DNA of 64,000 nucleotides from a bacterium (lineage in GTDB: Bacteria; Patescibacteriota; Minisyncoccia; JACQLN01), in NCBI GenBank assembly GCA_030697795.1, contig JAUYOV010000004.1, positions 144,403 through 208,402 on the forward strand. The letters are read 5' to 3'. The notes beneath the pieces were generated by a model, which saw only the letters and a list, made by a program, of their open reading frames with translations, made no database searches and had not been told where the DNA came from. Positions 56,211 through 64,000 of the stretch are shown here, piece by piece. The position numbers and the translations under genes were made by a program. The number at the start of each line of letters is the position of its first letter. Position 1 is the stretch's first letter.

Positions 56211-57794
56211 ATGAACATATATAACCGTGTAATCTCCAAAATAGGGGCACATCCTCGTCTATTCATAATATTGGGTATGGTAGCTGTATTAGTAATATTA
56301 ATAGTGATATTTACTAGTGGCGGAGATAAAAATATAAGCTTTGTAGAAGTAAAAAGAGGTACAATCTCGCAAGAAGTTAATGTCACCGGAAAAACTGTGC
56401 CAAATTCCGATGTTAAGTTGGGCTTTGAAAGAAGCGGAAAAATAGCAAAGGTTAATGTTTCTGTAGGCGACAAGGTCGCGGCTAATCAAACTTTAGCCAC
56501 AATAGATTCCAGCGAACTCTATGCCCAACTATTACAAGCCCAAGCCGAACTTGAATCTGAAGAAGCTAGGTACAATGAACTTAAAAAAGGCACGCGCTCC
56601 GAAGAGTTGGCTATTTATGAAACCGAACTTAATAACGCCCAAACATCTTTAAACGATGCCAAAACAAACTTGGTAGAAAAAATTAACGATACCTACACCA
56701 AAGCCGACAATGCCATCCATAACGATATAGATATTATTTTTTCTAACCCCAGAACAGCTAATCCAAAAATAAACTTTATCGTGGCCGATCCCCAGCTAAG
56801 AACCGACGTAGAAAATATGCGCCTCGCCACAGAATCTAATTTAATCGACTGGAAAAATTATAATTCTAAATTAAAAATTTCGGCCAATCTTTCCCAAGCC
56901 GTAATCAATTCGTCTTCTTATTTAAACCAAGTAAAAAACTTTTTAGATAAATTAGCTAGCGCGGTAAACAGTTCGTCTAACGAAACTTATAAAACCAATG
57001 TTTCTTTGGCGAGGTCCGAAATAAGTTCGGCCTTATCTATTTTAAACTCGGCCAATCAAAGCCTTAATTCTACCGAGTCAGCCTTCGCTTTAGCCGCAAA
57101 AAATTTAAATCTTAAAAAATCAGGCTCCACCAGCGAAGGGTTGTCCTCGGCCGAGGCTCAAGTTAAACGCGCCAATGCCAGTGTTAAATTAATACAATCT
57201 CAACTTAATAAGGCTGTTTTACGTTCCCCAATTGCCGGAACAGTAACCAAAATTGATGCCAAAAAAGGAGAAATCGCTCAAGCCGGTACGCCTTTAATAA
57301 ATATAATTTCGGATTCATCGCTCGAAATAGAATCTTTTATACCAGAAGTTGATGTGGCTAAAATTTCTTTAGCTAATACAGTAAAAATAACTTTTGACGC
57401 TTTGGGCGAAGAAGGTTTCTTAGGCAAAGTAATTTATATTGACCCCGCTGAAACTGTGGTAGATGGCGTGGCTAACTTTAAAGTAAAAATTGCCTTAGAA
57501 AAAGCCGAACCTAGGTTAAAAAGTGGTCTTACGGTAAACCTAACTATACAAACGCTAACAAAAGAAAATGTTTTAATCTTGCCTCAATTTGCAGTCCTAG
57601 AAAACGATAAAGGCACTTTTGTAAAAAAATATAAAAAGGTCTTGCCCTTAAACGCTAAAGTCTCGGCCGACGATAAAAACTTAGAAGAAGTAGAAATTAA
57701 AACCGGTATTTATTCGGGCGATGGTAATGTAGAAATTATTTCCGGTTTAAACGCAGGCGATGCCGTAGCCACCATTGGACTTAAAACAAACTAG
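56211..57794 (+). CDS. macA: efflux transporter periplasmic adaptor (HlyD/MacA-like) with long coiled coil
   Basis: N-terminal TM; long coiled coil; biotinyl/lipoyl-like hairpin IAGTVTKIDAKKGE; beta-barrel C-terminus. Confidence 0.7.
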   Translation: MNIYNRVISKIGAHPRLFIILGMVAVLVILIVIFTSGGDKNISFVEVKRGTISQEVNVTGKTVPNSDVKLGFERSGKIAKVNVSVGDKVAANQTLATIDSSELYAQLLQAQAELESEEARYNELKKGTRSEELAIYETELNNAQTSLNDAKTNLVEKINDTYTKADNAIHNDIDIIFSNPRTANPKINFIVADPQLRTDVENMRLATESNLIDWKNYNSKLKISANLSQAVINSSSYLNQVKNFLDKLASAVNSSSNETYKTNVSLARSEISSALSILNSANQSLNSTESAFALAAKNLNLKKSGSTSEGLSSAEAQVKRANASVKLIQSQLNKAVLRSPIAGTVTKIDAKKGEIAQAGTPLINIISDSSLEIESFIPEVDVAKISLANTVKITFDALGEEGFLGKVIYIDPAETVVDGVANFKVKIALEKAEPRLKSGLTVNLTIQTLTKENVLILPQFAVLENDKGTFVKKYKKVLPLNAKVSADDKNLEEVEIKTGIYSGDGNVEIISGLNAGDAVATIGLKTN

Positions 57795-58502
57795 ATGATT
57801 CTGGTAGAAAAAATTTGTAGAAACTATAAAGACGACGGCAGTGAAACCCAAGCCTTAAAGAATGTTTCGTTTAAAATAGATTCGGGCGAGTTTGTGGCCG
57901 TAATGGGCCCATCGGGCTCGGGCAAATCTACCCTGCTCCATATTTTAAGCTTTCTGGACCGAGCCAGCGCTGGCTCGTATTCTTTTTTTGGAAAAAAAAT
58001 GGAAGATCTAAACGACACTGAACTGGCCCATATTCGCAATAAAGAAATGGGTTTTGTTTTTCAAGCTTTTAATTTACTAGGCCGAGCCTCGGTTTATCAA
58101 AATGTAGAATTGCCTTTGCTATATTCAAACGTTTTACCGAGCGAAAGAAAAAAACTTGTAGAAAAAGCAATTTACGATGTGGGCTTATCGGAAAAAATTT
58201 ATGTAGAAACTGGAAAATTATCTGGCGGCCAAAAACAACGCGTGGCCATTGCTCGAGCCTTAGTTAATAACCCTAATGTTATTTTTGCCGATGAACCTAC
58301 CGGCAATTTAGATTCTCATTCGGGCGAAAACATAATGCAGATTTTAAAAAAATTAAACGAAAACGGCAAAACCATAATCTTAGTTACGCATGAAACCTAC
58401 ACCGCCCAGTTTGCCGAAAGATTGATTCGCCTAAAAGATGGCGAAATTGAACTTGATGGTACAGTTAAAGACATTCTTTCTAAAACCTATGAAAATAAAT
58501 GA
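57795..58502 (+). CDS. macB: ABC transporter ATP-binding protein (MacB/LolD type)
   Basis: [11 protein letters not shown] Walker A; [15 protein letters not shown] signature; [11 protein letters not shown] Walker B. Confidence 0.9.
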   Translation: MILVEKICRNYKDDGSETQALKNVSFKIDSGEFVAVMGPSGSGKSTLLHILSFLDRASAGSYSFFGKKMEDLNDTELAHIRNKEMGFVFQAFNLLGRASVYQNVELPLLYSNVLPSERKKLVEKAIYDVGLSEKIYVETGKLSGGQKQRVAIARALVNNPNVIFADEPTGNLDSHSGENIMQILKKLNENGKTIILVTHETYTAQFAERLIRLKDGEIELDGTVKDILSKTYENK

Positions 58503-59733
58503 TTCATTAAAAACTGCCCTCGCCGGTTTAAAACACGCCAAAACTCGCGCCGTGTTAACTATGCTGGGCATTGTTATCGGCATTGCTTCTGTTATTTTAT
58601 TAATGTCTATTGGCACTTCGGCCCAAAATTTAATTATTTCCCAAGTTCAAAACATAGGTTCGAATTTGCTTTTTGTTATTCCCGGCGCCACCCAAGGCTC
58701 TAAATTTTCCCCGCCGGCTTCGGCTTTTGGCATAATTATTAAAACCTTAAAAGAACGCGATTTAACATCTTTTAGGAAAGACCCTGCCATAGAAAAAGCG
58801 GCGGGCGAAGTCCACGGCCAAGCTCGGGCCATTTATAGCAACAACGATATCTCCGTAACTTATACCGGAGCCACCGGAGAATATTTTGAAATAATAAATC
58901 TTGAAGCCGAAACAGGTAGATTATTAAATTCCAGAGACGACGAAGCTATGGAAAAAAATGCGGTGGTGGGTTCTGAAGCTACCAAAAATTTATTCGGCCA
59001 AAAGGAAGCTGTAGGGAAAAGCATCAGATTAAAAAACCACTCTTTTAAAGTGGTGGGCGTTCTTAAAAAAGAAGGTGCGGGTATGTTTGGCGCCGATTTA
59101 GATAACACAATTTTTATTCCGATGTCGGTGGCTCAAAAACAGCTTCTGGGTATAGATTATTACGGTGCCGCATTTATTCAAGGCAGCGATAGCTACAGCA
59201 CAGAATTTATAAAATCTCGTATAACTTCTATTTTGCGTCAAAACCACAACATAACTAATCCCGACAAAGATGATTTTGAAATCCGCACTCAAGAAGATGC
59301 TCTCGCTATTTTAGGCAATATAACTTCTATCTTAAAAATATTTTTAGCTTCCATCGCCGCTATATCTTTAATAGTAGGCGGAATTGGCATTATGAATATA
59401 ATGCTGGTTTCGGTTATTGAACGCACACGTGAAATTGGTTTAAGAAAAGCGGTGGGCGCAACTAATGGCGACATAATGCAGCAATTTTTAACCGAGGCTA
59501 TAATTTTAACGTCTATTGGCGGGCTCGTGGGAATTATCGGCGGCGCTGGTTTTAGTTTTTTAATTTATTTAGGAATTTCTAAATTTGCAGTTGCCGATTG
59601 GACATTCGCCTTGCCGATGTCGTCTATACTTTTAGCTCTAGGAGTTTCCACCAGTATTGGTTTAATTTTTGGCATCTACCCCGCCCGCCAGGCGTCCAAA
59701 AAGAATCCTGTCGAGGCCCTTCGGTACGAGTAA
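58489..59733 (+). CDS. ABC transporter permease (FtsX/MacB-like)
   Basis: MacB_PCD-like periplasmic domain, then the C-terminal FtsX 4-TM bundle; overlaps the ATPase stop. Confidence 0.85.
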   Translation: MKINDSLKTALAGLKHAKTRAVLTMLGIVIGIASVILLMSIGTSAQNLIISQVQNIGSNLLFVIPGATQGSKFSPPASAFGIIIKTLKERDLTSFRKDPAIEKAAGEVHGQARAIYSNNDISVTYTGATGEYFEIINLEAETGRLLNSRDDEAMEKNAVVGSEATKNLFGQKEAVGKSIRLKNHSFKVVGVLKKEGAGMFGADLDNTIFIPMSVAQKQLLGIDYYGAAFIQGSDSYSTEFIKSRITSILRQNHNITNPDKDDFEIRTQEDALAILGNITSILKIFLASIAAISLIVGGIGIMNIMLVSVIERTREIGLRKAVGATNGDIMQQFLTEAIILTSIGGLVGIIGGAGFSFLIYLGISKFAVADWTFALPMSSILLALGVSTSIGLIFGIYPARQASKKNPVEALRYE

Positions 59734-59823
59734 AAACTATGCCAAAAGGAAGGGCGGTCCTTCCGATGGATTTCCTAAGGTTTTTCGCGTTTTTGACTCT
59801 TAAAAGCAAAGAACATACAATAC

Positions 59824-61755
59824 TTGCAGGCGATGCAAAAAAACGCATTAGATTCAATACTTATCGCCGCGAATATCCCTGAATTTAGAAATCAGGGCGT
59901 TTTGTGGTTCAAAGAAAATGAAAACAAAATTAAAATTTTAAGCCAAAAAAATATTTGGTGGCGCAACCACATTCGCCTTTTGGAAAAAGATTTAAAAATT
60001 AATCCCCTTGCCTTAATTCGTGAACTCGCCGACTTTGGCTATACCAAAGCGAATCCCGTTTTAAACCCAGGCGAAGTTTCTTTTTTGGGTTCTGTTTTAA
60101 CCATCTGGCCTGTAAATTTAGATACTCCACTAGCATTCGATTTTAATGGCAACAGTATCGAGGCTATTTCCGAACTCGAAAAACCAAAAACAAAATCTTC
60201 CGAAACCGAATTAAACGAACTAGAAAAAATTTATACCCGTTTTAAAGCTGGCGATTATGTTGTTCATATCGACCACGGCATTGGCCGTTTAAAAGGTGCT
60301 ACCGCCGATTTAGAAAACTATTTCGAAATTGAATATGCCAAAGGAGACAGGCTTTTTTTACCTTTTGAACAAGTTAAAAAAATATCTTTATATGTTGGTT
60401 TCACTCGCCCCAAGGTTCATGGTTTGGGCGGAAACTTGTGGCACAAAATAAAAACCAAAGCTAAAGAAGATGTTGTTAAATTAGCTAAAGATTTATTACA
60501 ACTCTACGCCAACCGCGAAGCTTCTCGTGGTTTTAGTTTTGTTAAAAATGCACCAGAGATGGAAAATATTATTGCCGATTTTGAATACCCCGAAACTCCG
60601 GATCAATCTAGAAGCTGGAAAGAAATAGAAGCCGATATGGAAAACGAAAAACCGATGGACCGCGTTTTAGTGGGTGATGTTGGTTTTGGTAAAACAGAAC
60701 TTGCTATTCGCTCTGCTTTTAAAGCTGTAATTTCTGGTGCGCAAGTAGCTTTAATTGCGCCAACTACAATTTTAGCTCGCCAACATTTTGGTGTTTTTAG
60801 TAACCGTTTAGAAAAACACGGTGTGAGTGTGGCCATGCTTAGTCGTTTGAATCCGGAAGATGTAAACAAAGATTCGGTGGGCAAAATAAAATCTGGATTG
60901 ATAGATGTGGTTATTGGCACACATCGCCTGCTTTCTAAAGATATAGAATTTAAAAATTTAGGACTGTTGATTATAGACGAAGAACAAAGATTCGGCGTCT
61001 TGCAAAAAGAGAAACTTAAAAAATTGAAAGCTAACATAGACGTTTTAATGCTCTCGGCCACCCCTATACCCCGCACGCTTTATTTAGCTATGTCTAATTT
61101 AAAACCAATTTCTAAAATACAAACCCCACCACTTGGACGCGAAGCAGTGGAGACAAAAATAGAAAACTTTTCTTGGGATACAATCAAAAAAGCTATTGAA
61201 TACGAATTGGCACGTCAAGGCCAAGTTTTCTTTTTAGAAAATAGAATTCATAAAATAAATTCCGTTATGGAGAAATTAAAAGAACTCGTGCCTATTGCCC
61301 GTTTGACGAGCTTGCATGGGCGTATGGGCGAAAAACAAATAATAGAAGCTATTGAAAGTTTTAAAAGTGGCCAAAGCAATGTTTTAGTTTCTACAACTAT
61401 TATAGAAAATGGTATTGACCTCCCCAATGCTAATACTTTGATTGTATCTGATGCTACAAAACTGGGACTATCCCAAGCCCACCAATTACGTGGCCGTGTA
61501 GGCCGGCGCGACATTAAAGCAGTTGTATATTTCCTTCATGATAAGAAAACAATTTCTAGTTTAGCCGAGAGCCGTTTGACGGCTCTGCAAGAATTTTCCA
61601 ACTTAGGCGATGGTTTTAAAATTGCCTTACGCGATTTGGAACTTCGCGGTGCCGGCAATATTTTAGGCCGTAATCAATCAGGCCACATCAACCAAATCGG
61701 CCTTAATCTTTATTGTGAAATGCTCTCCCAAGCCGTGGAAAAATTAAAAAATTGA
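59824..61755 (+). CDS. mfd: Mfd-like transcription-repair coupling factor lacking the N-terminal UvrB-homology domains
   Basis: CarD/TRCF RNAP-interaction block GDYVVHIDHGIGRLKG; SF2 helicase GDVGFGKTE…DEEQRFGV; 643 aa versus about 1150 typical. Confidence 0.7.
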   Translation: MQAMQKNALDSILIAANIPEFRNQGVLWFKENENKIKILSQKNIWWRNHIRLLEKDLKINPLALIRELADFGYTKANPVLNPGEVSFLGSVLTIWPVNLDTPLAFDFNGNSIEAISELEKPKTKSSETELNELEKIYTRFKAGDYVVHIDHGIGRLKGATADLENYFEIEYAKGDRLFLPFEQVKKISLYVGFTRPKVHGLGGNLWHKIKTKAKEDVVKLAKDLLQLYANREASRGFSFVKNAPEMENIIADFEYPETPDQSRSWKEIEADMENEKPMDRVLVGDVGFGKTELAIRSAFKAVISGAQVALIAPTTILARQHFGVFSNRLEKHGVSVAMLSRLNPEDVNKDSVGKIKSGLIDVVIGTHRLLSKDIEFKNLGLLIIDEEQRFGVLQKEKLKKLKANIDVLMLSATPIPRTLYLAMSNLKPISKIQTPPLGREAVETKIENFSWDTIKKAIEYELARQGQVFFLENRIHKINSVMEKLKELVPIARLTSLHGRMGEKQIIEAIESFKSGQSNVLVSTTIIENGIDLPNANTLIVSDATKLGLSQAHQLRGRVGRRDIKAVVYFLHDKKTISSLAESRLTALQEFSNLGDGFKIALRDLELRGAGNILGRNQSGHINQIGLNLYCEMLSQAVEKLKN

Positions 61756-61759
61756 CCAA

Positions 61760-62119
61760 CTACTTACCGTTTTGAGATTTACCAAAACCATATCCACCAA
61801 ATGCACCTATAATTAAAGATAGCACTTGTGTTAAGAATTCTTTAGCAAAGAATAAAACCAAAACAATTATAGCTATACAGGCAAGCAGAGCACAGAAAAA
61901 ATAAAACTTATTATCAGACGAATCTCTTTTCCTATCCTTATGTATATATCCTGATATTTCTCTACGTTGAGACAATATTTCATCTACCTGCTTTTCATTA
62001 GGAGAAAAAGAACCATCACCTAAAACTTTTTGTAAAAGTATCTGCATTGAACTTTCCTTTTCTGATACTAAAGTACCCTGAGGTCTTTCGTTTACTATTT
62101 TTTTATTTTCTTCAGACAT
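61760..62119 (-). CDS. hypothetical protein with C-terminal TM helix
   Basis: 119 aa; very AT-rich; no motif. Confidence 0.35.
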   Translation of the reverse strand: MSEENKKIVNERPQGTLVSEKESSMQILLQKVLGDGSFSPNEKQVDEILSQRREISGYIHKDRKRDSSDNKFYFFCALLACIAIIVLVLFFAKEFLTQVLSLIIGAFGGYGFGKSQNGK

Positions 62120-62387
62120 ATTTTTTTTCTCGAGAAGATAAGTTCAAAAAAACAGAATGTTTACCTTCTTTACTATTAGAACTAAAAACTCTAATATGTC
62201 TTTCTAGTTCTAAGATTTCATTATTAACTTCTTTAGATAGAATTAGTTGTACAAGTAAACTAACCTCTGAATCGCTAAGTCTACCTCTTTCTTTTTCTGA
62301 CATAACAAGATCAATGGCTGTTGACAAATTATCACTATAAACTGTCTCATTCTTGTCTATAAAATTATAAAATTTATCCAGTAGCAT
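62112..62387 (-). CDS. hypothetical protein (91 aa)
   Basis: ORF only; very AT-rich. Confidence 0.3.
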   Translation of the reverse strand: MLLDKFYNFIDKNETVYSDNLSTAIDLVMSEKERGRLSDSEVSLLVQLILSKEVNNEILELERHIRVFSSNSKEGKHSVFLNLSSREKKYV

Positions 62388-62467
62388 ATATCTATATAAT
62401 CACATAAAACCTCTGATTTCAACTATTTGTTTTTATTTAAACAAATAATGCATGATATTATCAAGCA

Positions 62468-63544
62468 ATGGACAATTTATGGCTTAACGCACTCAACATT
62501 GTTTACGGCTTATCGCGTATAAAAAAATTACTCTCGGTTTTTAGAACTGCCGAAAAAGCGTGGCAGGCCTCGGCGGGCAGAATTTTGCGCTTAGATTTTA
62601 ACGGCGAAAGTATAAAAGAGGCTTTAGCCAAAAGAGAAACGGTAAATCCGAAATTGGAATGGGAAAAATTAGAAAAATTAAATATAAAAACAATTTCTTT
62701 TTTCGAAAAAAGTTATCCCAAACTGCTAAAAGAAATAGCTTCTTCACCAATTCTGTTATACTTGAAAGGCAACGCTGATCTTTTAAAAGAAAAAAGTATT
62801 GGCGTAGTTGGTACCAGAACGCCCTCGGGTTATGGTCGCGCGGCTATAGATATTCTTATTCCTCAACTCGTGGAATCAGGTTTAACTATTGTAAGTGGCC
62901 TGGCTCAAGGCATAGATGCCTTAGCGCATATGGCCACGCTAAAGCACGGTGGAAAAACAATTGGGGTTTTGGGTTGCGGGGTGGATCAAATTTACCCCAG
63001 AATGAACGAGCCCTTGGCCGCAGAAATGTTAAAGAAAAATAACTTAATACTTTCCGAATATCCCGCCGGCACCGAAGCTTTTAAACAAAATTTTCCGGCC
63101 AGAAACCGAATTATAGCCGGCCTTTCTTTAGGCACACTGGTTATAGAGTCTAAAATAGATGGTGGCGCTTTAATAACGGCCAAACAAGCGCTAGAAGCCA
63201 ACCGCGAAGTCTTTGCTGTACCTGGCCCTATTACCAACACCACCTCGGCCGGAACCAATAAGCTTTTGCAAGATGGTGCTAAAGTAGTGTTATGCGCCGA
63301 AGATGTTTTACAAGAATTAAATTTAAAAAAATTAAGCACCAAAGAAAAGATAGAAGTTAATTTAGATAAACTTACCGCCGAAGAAAAAACCATAGTAAAT
63401 TTAATTCAAATTGAACCCGCCCACATTGACAAAATTATTCAAATAACTAAACTTAAGCCTCATGTGGTCAGTTCCGTGTTAACTGGACTCGAACTTGGTG
63501 GATATATAAAAAATATGGGGGGGCAAATATACACTTTAAACTAA
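62468..63544 (+). CDS. dprA: DNA processing protein DprA (Smf)
   Basis: IGVVGTRTPSGYGRAAIDILIPQLVESGLTIVSGLAQGIDALAH Rossmann-like DprA core; C-terminal wHTH-like region. Confidence 0.85.
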   Translation: MDNLWLNALNIVYGLSRIKKLLSVFRTAEKAWQASAGRILRLDFNGESIKEALAKRETVNPKLEWEKLEKLNIKTISFFEKSYPKLLKEIASSPILLYLKGNADLLKEKSIGVVGTRTPSGYGRAAIDILIPQLVESGLTIVSGLAQGIDALAHMATLKHGGKTIGVLGCGVDQIYPRMNEPLAAEMLKKNNLILSEYPAGTEAFKQNFPARNRIIAGLSLGTLVIESKIDGGALITAKQALEANREVFAVPGPITNTTSAGTNKLLQDGAKVVLCAEDVLQELNLKKLSTKEKIEVNLDKLTAEEKTIVNLIQIEPAHIDKIIQITKLKPHVVSSVLTGLELGGYIKNMGGQIYTLN

Positions 63545-63662
63545 ATGACAAATTTCTAATTACCAATGCCTAATCAATACCTAATTATTAAATGTCTAAA
63601 TTTTAATCATTAGGATTTAGAAGTTGATTAGAAATTAGTTATTAGACATTAGAAATTTTTAC

Positions 63663-64000
63663 ATGAACCTAGTAATTGTTGAATCTCCTGCGAAAGCCAG
63701 AACAATAGAAAAGTTTTTAGGCAAGGACTTTAAAGTAGAGTCCTCTTTTGGTCATGTGCGCGATTTACCCAAAAGCAAACTGGGTATAGATACCGAACAC
63801 AACTTTGAACCTAAATATATAGTTCCTACCAAAGCCAAAAAACAGGTGGCTCTATTAAAAAAATTAGCCGAAAAAGCAGACAAGATTATTCTAGCTACCG
63901 ACGAAGACCGCGAAGGCGAAGCTATTTCTTGGCACCTCGTTCAAGCCTTGGGCTTGAACGAGATCAAAAATAAAAAAATAAAAATTATAGAGCGAATAGT
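63663..64000 (+). CDS. topA: DNA topoisomerase I (partial, continues beyond window end)
   Basis: MNLVIVESPAKARTIEKFLGKDFKVESSFGHVRDLP Toprim N-terminus. Confidence 0.9.
   Translation, partial: MNLVIVESPAKARTIEKFLGKDFKVESSFGHVRDLPKSKLGIDTEHNFEPKYIVPTKAKKQVALLKKLAEKADKIILATDEDREGEAISWHLVQALGLNEIKNKKIKIIERI

Noticed and set aside
60603-61076. 157-aa minus-strand ORF inside mfd
   Set aside because: Antisense to the helicase motifs; spurious.

Overview
This 64-kb window is AT-rich and gene-dense. Its gene content is consistent with a small-genome Patescibacteria/CPR-like bacterium; that assignment is inference from gene content only. Recognisable housekeeping genes include ClpB, FtsA/FtsZ, B12-dependent NrdJ with a CobO-type adenosyltransferase, EF-P, HisRS, LepB, Pth, MurD, Nth, YbeY, rpsU, a DprA-TopA pair, an N-terminally short Mfd-like protein, a two-ORF ComEC, a MacAB-like efflux set, and tRNA-Arg(TCT) and tRNA-His(GTG).

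Positions 1-21,611 form one long minus-strand surface-glycan locus. It starts with a partial RfbF-like G1P cytidylyltransferase and contains at least six transferases, four SAM methyltransferases, a PhyH-like dioxygenase, a pyruvyl transferase, a deacetylase and a Wzx-like flippase. It also carries a NeuB/KdsC/NeuA-type ulosonic-acid cassette whose GmhA-like isomerase is split by a frameshift.

Directly downstream of that locus is a 1259-aa Thr/Ser/Gly-rich secreted protein with an N-terminal PG-binding-like domain and its own double terminator.

The hunt turned up nine things worth a second look:
- A ~1.4-kb visibly GC-rich island (37.05-38.46 kb) with three small strong-SD ORFs of unknown function, flanked by related hairpins.
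- A 25-bp perfect palindrome family (TTGTYCAACACY-N-RGTGTTGRACAA), two copies in-frame inside murD and comEC.
- A TCCGCCA-NN-TGGCGGA inverted-repeat family, two copies inside murD.
- REP-like perfect palindromes (AGCACGAGAA...TTCTCGTGCT).
- A ~60-nt GC-rich dispersed element, one copy encoding the C-terminal tail of Nth.
- A duplicated 78-nt promoter-like element upstream of ftsA and lepB.
- ATTCGTAT-box arrays upstream of rpsU and a small gene.
- A RelE/YefM TA pair inserted next to rpsU.
- Several unexplained non-coding stretches with long-range complementarity.

All functional calls are from motif recognition by eye; no database search was run.
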